Origin: a virus
Length of the DNA: 64,000 nt
IMG/VR virus record: IMGVR_UViG_3300018063_000012
Coordinates: 37,318-101,317 of that record
Reading direction: 5' to 3' (one strand)
Below, piece by piece: positions 57,619 through 64,000 of this stretch. Positions within the stretch are counted from its first letter, which is position 1, and every line of letters begins with the position of its first letter. Below the pieces are notes generated by a model. It was not told the origin of the DNA. It did no database searches and saw nothing but the letters and a program-made list of their open reading frames with translations. Both the position numbers and the translations under genes were made by a program.

Positions 57619-58917
57619 ATGCTTAAACTAACTGTAGATAGAAAAGATTTGCTCACCATCTGTAAGGCACTGATGGGTGCAACAGAGGAAACCGCAAAGT
57701 ATCCTTTGCACGGGTGCTTCCTGTTTGAAGTGACAGAACCTTCGTTTGTGACCATATATGCATTTAACGGTACTGAATACGGGTCCGGGAAAGTAGCACT
57801 CCTTGGGGAGAGCGAGAATGGTGAATTTGTTGTCAATGCTAAAGTGATGACAGACTATTTGACCGCTGCCGATAAAGCCCAGCAAGTGAGCTTAGAGCTT
57901 GATGTGAATGGTAAATTGATACTTAGATCTAAACGGGGAGATAAGAAAATGAATACTTTTCCGACTAAAGATTTTAAGAAGTTCACTGAAACTCCAGAAT
58001 ATAGCGGAATCGATATAGATGCGTCCCAATTCCTGTGTGCATTAGAACGAGCCGCGGGTTTTGTAATTACAGAAGGAATTACTAACCGGGTGCAAGCGCA
58101 GGTCATCTGCACAGGTAGTAAAATGCGAGCTATGAACTCCAAGGGTATTTATGAAGAGGACGTGGAGAGTGCTGAATTACGTGTGCCAGAACCTAGACTG
58201 CTAACTGTGATTGAATTCCTAAAAGCTGTCGGTCAAGTAACCGTTAATGTCGGTCAGGTGAAAGACCTATATGTACTATCAGTGCCAGAATATGAATTGT
58301 CAATCGTCTACCGTGATACAGTAAGAGGAGACTTTCTGGAAGAATTCGAAAGCCTGCAAAAAGTAGCCGAGACGGGTGTGATAAATGTTGAAATTGACAA
58401 AGCTGAGTTAGAAAAAGCATTTGATATCGTTCGGATTGGTCATTCCGGTGAGGAACGCATTAGTGTAACAGTGGCACCGGCAACTTCCAAGGCCGCCCGT
58501 TTCACACTGTCCATCAAAACCAGCATTTTGGAATCAGAAGAACACGTGATGTGTAACTATACCGGTAGTGAATCACGCACTTGGATCCTTGATATCGATG
58601 CCCTTGAATCTACTTTGAATGCAATTGAGAGTCAGAATGTGAGTTTCAATTTCGGTTCAAAGACCTATAAAGTCTTTGAACAGATGATTGACGGTGCCCG
58701 GTCTAAGGTCATCGTGAATCCGCACTATGAGGCTTTGAAAGCTCGAGTTACGCCAAAGATTGCAACAGAACGGGTGAAGAAGACTAAAACAGATACCACA
58801 CCCAAGAAAGTTAGTGATGAAGAGAAGGCCGCCCGATGGGCCGCCCAGAAAGCAGTTGACGACGCTAAGGGTGAGGAGTTCGAGAACTTTCTAGAAACTA
58901 TGGATGTCAAACAGTAA
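57619..58917 (+). CDS. Divergent DNA sliding clamp (beta-clamp-like)
   Basis: MLKLTVDRKDL...YPLHGCFLFE...AFNG...GEFVVNAK; three-domain length; IDKAELEKA. Confidence 0.6.
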   Translation: MLKLTVDRKDLLTICKALMGATEETAKYPLHGCFLFEVTEPSFVTIYAFNGTEYGSGKVALLGESENGEFVVNAKVMTDYLTAADKAQQVSLELDVNGKLILRSKRGDKKMNTFPTKDFKKFTETPEYSGIDIDASQFLCALERAAGFVITEGITNRVQAQVICTGSKMRAMNSKGIYEEDVESAELRVPEPRLLTVIEFLKAVGQVTVNVGQVKDLYVLSVPEYELSIVYRDTVRGDFLEEFESLQKVAETGVINVEIDKAELEKAFDIVRIGHSGEERISVTVAPATSKAARFTLSIKTSILESEEHVMCNYTGSESRTWILDIDALESTLNAIESQNVSFNFGSKTYKVFEQMIDGARSKVIVNPHYEALKARVTPKIATERVKKTKTDTTPKKVSDEEKAARWAAQKAVDDAKGEEFENFLETMDVKQ

Positions 58918-59536
58918 ATTACTAAAATCAAGATACGATGCACTTAAAGCAGATACTAACCTATTGCTTGAAGTGCAGTCGTCACTATTGGCTAAACACC
59001 ATAAGCTTCTGTCAAAGTTGGAGCGCGTCGAAGGATACGAAATTCTTGTAGGCAAAGCAGTTGAGGTTTTAGACCAACTGAAAGATGCTAAAGAACGGGC
59101 ATCTAAAGGAGTTGTCGAGGACTTGATTAGCTACGGACTAAATGTAATTTTTGATGAGCAAGATAAATTTAGTATAACTATGGAGACCAAAGCTCGAGCC
59201 GTTTATGCATATCTGGGATTGGGTGAAGAGAAACAAGACCTAATCAAATCAAAGGGCGGCGGGTACGTCGACCTGATTAGTGTGCTAATGGTCCTAACTT
59301 TGATGTTAAAAGAAAAACCAGCATTGCGTAGATTCATAGTGCTGGATGAGAGCTTTAGTGAAGTAGGAAAGGAACATCTTGAACGTGTAGGAGAATTTTT
59401 GAAATTCCTTGTTGAAAAATTACAGGTAGATATCCTTATGATTACTCACAGTGAACAACTATTAGATTACGCAGATATACTATATTATGTTGATAAAAAA
59501 TCTGACGGCTATTCAACTTTTGAGAGGAAAAAATGA
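58904..59536 (+). CDS. SbcC/Rad50-like ATPase, C-terminal half
   Basis: Coiled coil, SKGGG signature, FIVLDESF Walker B, MITHS H-loop. Confidence 0.8.
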   Translation: MSNSKLLKSRYDALKADTNLLLEVQSSLLAKHHKLLSKLERVEGYEILVGKAVEVLDQLKDAKERASKGVVEDLISYGLNVIFDEQDKFSITMETKARAVYAYLGLGEEKQDLIKSKGGGYVDLISVLMVLTLMLKEKPALRRFIVLDESFSEVGKEHLERVGEFLKFLVEKLQVDILMITHSEQLLDYADILYYVDKKSDGYSTFERKK

Positions 59537-59676
59537 TAAGAGGACTTCAGCCGACTCTGATAGTGGTAGATGATATCATAATCGACGACAAACATAAGTG
59601 TATTTTCCTCGGTGGGAAATGTCCTAAATGTGGAGCCAACGACCCTAACTGGGGTAAGGGTAGCTGGAGGGATTAA

Positions 59677-60228
59677 ATGCACGTACTAACAAGAATACCA
59701 CAGATTACAGGATCCAAAAATACAGGATCCAAAACTATCTTTGCGCTAATCTGTGACTATGATAATATTGTTTTAGCATTAGATTCAGGACAAAAACTAT
59801 TAGAAGGTACCAAATCATGTCCGAAATGCGGAGAATTTGTGCAATTTAAACAGTCCAAAAACCCAGATACTTGGGTGCAACTTGATACAGGAGAACTGAC
59901 CTTTGCTGAGTATGAAGCTGAAGTTGCAGGTACTGAAATATATAAAGATGCTGGAGAAGGAAATTGCCTCTATCCCATACTCGGTCTGGCAGGGGAGACT
60001 GGAGAAGTCTGTGAGAAGATAAAGAAAGTCTGGAGAGATAGTAATCTGGCAATGACTGATGAGCAGTGTGAAGATATCCTAAAAGAATGCGGCGATGTGC
60101 TATATTATCTGATGCGGATTGCTAATGAGTTGGGATCCACCCTGTCAGAAGTGGCCGCACTGAACATTAACAAACTACAGAGCCGTAAAACCCGAGATAA
60201 GCTTGGCGGGTCCGGGGATAACAGATGA
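59677..60228 (+). CDS. MazG-like NTP pyrophosphohydrolase with N-terminal Zn ribbon
   Basis: LGLAGETGEVCEKIKK, ECGDVLYY, NINKLQSR...GSGDNR. Confidence 0.88.
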   Translation: MHVLTRIPQITGSKNTGSKTIFALICDYDNIVLALDSGQKLLEGTKSCPKCGEFVQFKQSKNPDTWVQLDTGELTFAEYEAEVAGTEIYKDAGEGNCLYPILGLAGETGEVCEKIKKVWRDSNLAMTDEQCEDILKECGDVLYYLMRIANELGSTLSEVAALNINKLQSRKTRDKLGGSGDNR

Positions 60229-60418
60229 AACAGGCGACTATTAAATTCTCTACAATAGAGAAAGCAGTAGATACTTTATACTATAATCCAAAAGACTTTA
60301 ATGAAGTGAGTTCAAAAGAAATAATTCAATGCACACGAGAAGATATAGAAGTCTGCATCCAGAAGTTAATGGCTAAAGCAGGCGTAAAAATACTAACTAT
60401 ATAAAGAAAGGACTAAAA

Positions 60419-60877
60419 ATGAAAAAACAAGAACAGCAAAGAATACTTAATCAAATGCAAGCCGGACAACAGTCTAAACTTGTAAAAACGCCGCATCAAC
60501 AAATCGATGAATTACATACTCACATGCCGCAAGCGCTTGGGATACTGAATAAGAATCAGTACTTAACAGCCCTCCAGATTGAAGAATTGAAGGATACGAT
60601 ATTGGTGCTTTTACTGATGATGAAGGATATGGCAGACGCACAGAAATTACCTGTCAAGTCTATAAAGGAATACGCAGAGAAGATTCAGTCTGACCGGGCA
60701 GAGTTTCAGAAGATGCAGGAAGAGGCACAGAAAGCCGCCGCTGAAGGGAAACAGCTGGATGCGCCGACCGAGAGTCAGGAACCGACCGGGAGTTCAGAAG
60801 AGACACAGAAGCCGGAGGAAGGTAAGGTAGACGCCGAACCCCAGACAAGCACTATAATCTTGACTGATAAGGACTAA
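60419..60877 (+). CDS. Hypothetical protein (acidic disordered tail)
   Basis: ORF with AAAGGA SD. Confidence 0.55.
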   Translation: MKKQEQQRILNQMQAGQQSKLVKTPHQQIDELHTHMPQALGILNKNQYLTALQIEELKDTILVLLLMMKDMADAQKLPVKSIKEYAEKIQSDRAEFQKMQEEAQKAAAEGKQLDAPTESQEPTGSSEETQKPEEGKVDAEPQTSTIILTDKD

Positions 60878-60882
60878 AATGA

Positions 60883-60950
60883 GGGGGCGCTAAAGGATAG
60901 CCGTCGGTCTTCTAAACCGACTAACGAGAGTTCGAATCTCTCCGCCCCTA
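60883..60950 (+). tRNA. tRNA-Arg (anticodon UCU) with shortened D-arm; CCA not encoded
   Basis: Acceptor GGGGGCG/CGCCCCT, anticodon arm TCGGT-CTTCTAA-ACCGA, T arm GAGAG-TTCGAAT-CTCTC. Confidence 0.75.
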
Positions 60951-61190
60951 TTGACTAAAGAAGAAATGGACAAGGATAGAGAAGATATTGTCAGGTGGCT
61001 CACGTGCAAAAAGTGTGGCCAGACATTCGGGAATACTGTCAAACTAAATGACAAGGAACATACGCTGACTTGTTTCTGTGGAGAATCAGTCACACTGAAC
61101 AATGACTTATCGCCAATGTATGGAATCCCACAGCCCGGAACTACACTGACTTTCTTCATCAAAGACGCAGAACCACTAAAAGGAGATTGA
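60951..61190 (+). CDS. Small Zn-ribbon protein
   Basis: CKKCG...CFCG; start uncertain. Confidence 0.45.
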   Translation: MTKEEMDKDREDIVRWLTCKKCGQTFGNTVKLNDKEHTLTCFCGESVTLNNDLSPMYGIPQPGTTLTFFIKDAEPLKGD

Positions 61191-61420
61191 CTATGTTAAA
61201 ACAAATCGTGCAGACAGTAGAGCAGGTAGCCACTGCAACGTTAGTATTCTTTTTTTACTTGATTGGAAACGATATCGCCGGGTCCGTTGCTCTGGTAGCA
61301 CTGGTAATAAATCAGTTACGGATTGACTTGAATCAGAGTCCTGTCCTTGTATCCCGGCGTTGCTGTTCCGATTCAGGTAAGTGTACTAAATCCAAGTAAG
61401 TACTCTGACAGGGGATTAAC

Positions 61421-61436
61421 TGGCACACAATATGCA
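61421..61436 (+). promoter_or_regulatory. Putative sigma54 promoter
   Basis: TGGCACACAATATGCA (GG-N10-GC), intergenic. Confidence 0.55.
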
Positions 61437-61498
61437 TACTATGGCGTGTAGATTGAGGAAGTAGACAGTAAGTAGCAGACAGACAGGGAGCATATAGG

Positions 61499-62158
61499 GT
61501 GGATAGAAAAGGAGAGTACCAATTGAGTGACTATAAGGGTAATGTAGTACCGAACGATATTCTATTCGAGCTGACTAAAAAGAGCATAAACCATACACGT
61601 GCAAAGAGTTGCTGGGGTTATGAACTGCTCGCTTCCGACTATAAACTTAACGAAAGGAACTGCGACCGCTTCACAGAAACCGACCGCCCGTCATTACTAA
61701 ATAATACTACTGACCTACCACGCACGACTTGGCAAGTTGAGGCACAGTGTGATGCGATTGCAATGGCTTACTGGCCGGACTTTGAGGAGTTCACTTTTAC
61801 AATTGACTACTTTAAACCATCCAAATCACTACGATATATTCACTGGGCGAGTACCAGAAATCTGGAGATATCTTATTCAGGCGTAAAGTTAGGAAGGAGA
61901 CCAGAACTGATATTGAATATGGTTTTGCTGGATCCAAGCATTCCGGACTATGTAGTTGGATTCATACTATACCACGAGTTATTGCACTTCTTTATGCAAG
62001 ACTTTTCACATAAACACTCAACTGAATTCATAGCTGAACTATATGACTATAAATGGTGTTGGGACGCAGAGTTATGGATGCGTGATAATCCGGCACACGT
62101 TTTGCTTCTACAGAGAGAGATGAATGAGAAGAATAAAGCAGGGACTAAAGATGCCTAA
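61499..62158 (+). CDS. HExxH zinc metalloprotease-like protein (SprT/YgjP-like)
   Basis: ILYHELLH...HKHSTEF. Confidence 0.7.
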   Translation: MDRKGEYQLSDYKGNVVPNDILFELTKKSINHTRAKSCWGYELLASDYKLNERNCDRFTETDRPSLLNNTTDLPRTTWQVEAQCDAIAMAYWPDFEEFTFTIDYFKPSKSLRYIHWASTRNLEISYSGVKLGRRPELILNMVLLDPSIPDYVVGFILYHELLHFFMQDFSHKHSTEFIAELYDYKWCWDAELWMRDNPAHVLLLQREMNEKNKAGTKDA

Positions 62159-62735
62159 ACCAGAAGACTACCTTTCATTCGAAGAGCTGCTGAAGATATC
62201 ACGATATGTTTTCTATGATTACTTCACGGACGACCGCAAACTGATATTGATGGGAAGGCCATTTGTCTCCAACTCAGTCAAGACCGGAATATGCTTTGCG
62301 AAGGTCTGTGAGCAAATGATTACGGACACGAATCCCTTAGTCTATCCGAACGTGTATCTGACTCGACAAGTTTTCACACTGCACTTGAACTATGCACTGT
62401 TTTTGCGGCTGGTGCCATTGGAAGTACTAATCGGCACCATCATCCACGAGGGCATCCATATTCGACTACAAGAGTTCGATGGCCACGACCATTCAAAAGA
62501 ATTTCAGGAAATGGCCGACCGATACTTTCAGGTGCAGAGAGCGGATGACTATTTGAATGCAAATATTAAGATTTTCAAGAAGGGGCATCCGCAGATAGTT
62601 GAAGACTTTCGCCGGTTTATGATACAGATGAAAGGGAACTGGCCGACTGAATTAACACTTAAAGGGGTTCACTACGACAGAGATGATGTCAATATGGATT
62701 TACTCGGCACGGTACTTGCACAAGAGAAAGGTTGA
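62151..62735 (+). CDS. HExxH zinc metalloprotease-like protein (SprT/YgjP-like), paralogue
   Basis: IIHEGIH...HDHSKEF. Confidence 0.7.
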   Translation: MPKPEDYLSFEELLKISRYVFYDYFTDDRKLILMGRPFVSNSVKTGICFAKVCEQMITDTNPLVYPNVYLTRQVFTLHLNYALFLRLVPLEVLIGTIIHEGIHIRLQEFDGHDHSKEFQEMADRYFQVQRADDYLNANIKIFKKGHPQIVEDFRRFMIQMKGNWPTELTLKGVHYDRDDVNMDLLGTVLAQEKG

Positions 62736-62736
62736 T

Positions 62737-63888
62737 ATGAAAAAATTTACACACCTTAAAGGAATAAAACATAAATGGTGCGGCGGTATTCATCAAAAGT
62801 TTGTTCCTATATCTGGATGGGACAAGAATAAACGTAAATCAGATGGATTACAAACGCAATGTCGGGAATGTATCAATCGATGGAGACTGGGAAGGAAAGA
62901 AATACATACTAAACGATTCCTGAAAGAAGCGAAACAAAACGCACTACTGATGATTCACTTTGTCTGGAACGCATCAAATAAGATTGTAAAGAATATGATG
63001 GAGGCGGCATTAATAATGTTTCCTGCTCTAAAAGTATTAGTGATGACAATACCTAAAAAGGGGAAAACCTATCATCGACAAATAGAAGCTAATCTTAAAG
63101 TGTTTGCTGACAGACGATATATACTTAAATTTGCAGTGCCCGAAGGATTGAAACTTTTCGGAGGACTAACTGAAGATATGGTATTTAGATATCCACAGAA
63201 ACTATATCGGAATGTGCCAGCGACACGCAACTTCCTCGGGCCTCTGTGTCATATATTGGCGGATGATGATCCGGGAGAATGGAATAATATACAAGAGAAG
63301 TATCTTCCACAATGGGGAATTGTGTATAGAATACCTTGTCCAGATGGCCCTTTGGCATGTAAAGTCCATGAGATTCAGATGGCTCCAGATGTATCATATG
63401 TTTATAGTGCTATTAAGATGATGATAGGAACCTCGGCTGGATTAACATTAGGCGGAAATAATTTAACCAGACGGGATACGAATCCTTATGATACTGAACA
63501 AGGTAGGCGGACACATCACAGCCTATTAGAGACAACTCAAAGTCCTGTCGCTATTAATTCTGTTCCTAAAGGAATGGTATATCAGTATAAGCAAACTCCC
63601 CAAGTGAAACATAAGTTTCATGAAGATAATATGATTCGGATTTTAGAGTTACTAAAATACGGACGAAAATTTGTCTCCGAAGTAATGCGTAATGTAAGAA
63701 TGTCGTACGCTGTTAAACCACAAAATAAGTATAAAAAGAAAAAAGAGATTGAAGAAATCAATAAGATTTACCCGGGTATGATGAACATCCAGAATGCACT
63801 ATTAAAACGGTATAAGACGATGACTTGTGCAGTGCCACTTAATGCAACGATTAATGTGCCAGCACACCTCATAATAACTGCAAAATGA
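62737..63888 (+). CDS. Hypothetical protein with N-terminal zinc-finger-like motif
   Basis: WCGGIH...SDGLQTQCREC; GAAAGG SD before ATG 62737. Confidence 0.55.
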   Translation: MKKFTHLKGIKHKWCGGIHQKFVPISGWDKNKRKSDGLQTQCRECINRWRLGRKEIHTKRFLKEAKQNALLMIHFVWNASNKIVKNMMEAALIMFPALKVLVMTIPKKGKTYHRQIEANLKVFADRRYILKFAVPEGLKLFGGLTEDMVFRYPQKLYRNVPATRNFLGPLCHILADDDPGEWNNIQEKYLPQWGIVYRIPCPDGPLACKVHEIQMAPDVSYVYSAIKMMIGTSAGLTLGGNNLTRRDTNPYDTEQGRRTHHSLLETTQSPVAINSVPKGMVYQYKQTPQVKHKFHEDNMIRILELLKYGRKFVSEVMRNVRMSYAVKPQNKYKKKKEIEEINKIYPGMMNIQNALLKRYKTMTCAVPLNATINVPAHLIITAK

Positions 63889-64000
63889 GACACATACACA
63901 TCAAAGATGCACTGCTTGCCTTTGCGGCCGGGATCCTTGTAACGCTAGCACTACTGACTATAGTCATAGCCATTTGTGAGACAATTCGACCGGCACAAGA

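Noticed and set aside
59706-59735. Short direct repeat TACAGGATCCAAAA x2 in the MazG-like gene
   Set aside because: Only two short in-frame copies (TGSKN/TGSKT); no evidence of function
60903-60921. Amber suppressor or pyrrolysine tRNA (CTA lies within the loop)
   Set aside because: Stem pairing GTCGGT/ACCGAC centres the 7-nt loop CTTCTAA on TCT, not CTA
1213-63397. Minus-strand ORFs in the track
   Set aside because: Nearly all are antisense shadows of well-supported + strand genes or overlap regulatory repeats, and none shows a recognisable motif

Overview
A 64-kb segment of a large, tailed dsDNA bacteriophage with a contractile (myovirus-type) tail. Essentially all credible genes lie on the + strand. 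Order: glycosyltransferase/methyltransferase cluster (1-3.9 kb); accessory genes preceded by sigma54-type promoter motifs (4-11.8 kb); a tandem array of small, extremely Arg/Lys-rich proteins sharing an N-terminal MAW(S/T)(D/E)xAR(A/E)AS leader and mostly an RGGR C-terminus (11.8-14.3 kb, plus one copy at 20.3 kb); lysis genes; scaffold and N4-gp56-like major capsid; neck, sheath, tube, tape measure and baseplate genes resembling eCIS components (16.4-36.4 kb); a phage ribosomal protein bS21 missed by the ORF track; and a replication/recombination/nucleotide block (SNF2 and DnaB helicases, family A polymerase, peptide deformylase, GroES, HU, SSB, RuvC, RNA ligase, RecA, split SbcC + SbcD, sliding clamp, MazG) with a compact tRNA-Arg(UCU). 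No terminase, portal or integrase was recognised, so the genome extends beyond the window. The best candidate for an undescribed system is the MAW-leader polycation cassette array. Second is a repeated palindrome / IHF-like site / sigma54 promoter module. All product calls come from motif recognition by eye, not database searches.
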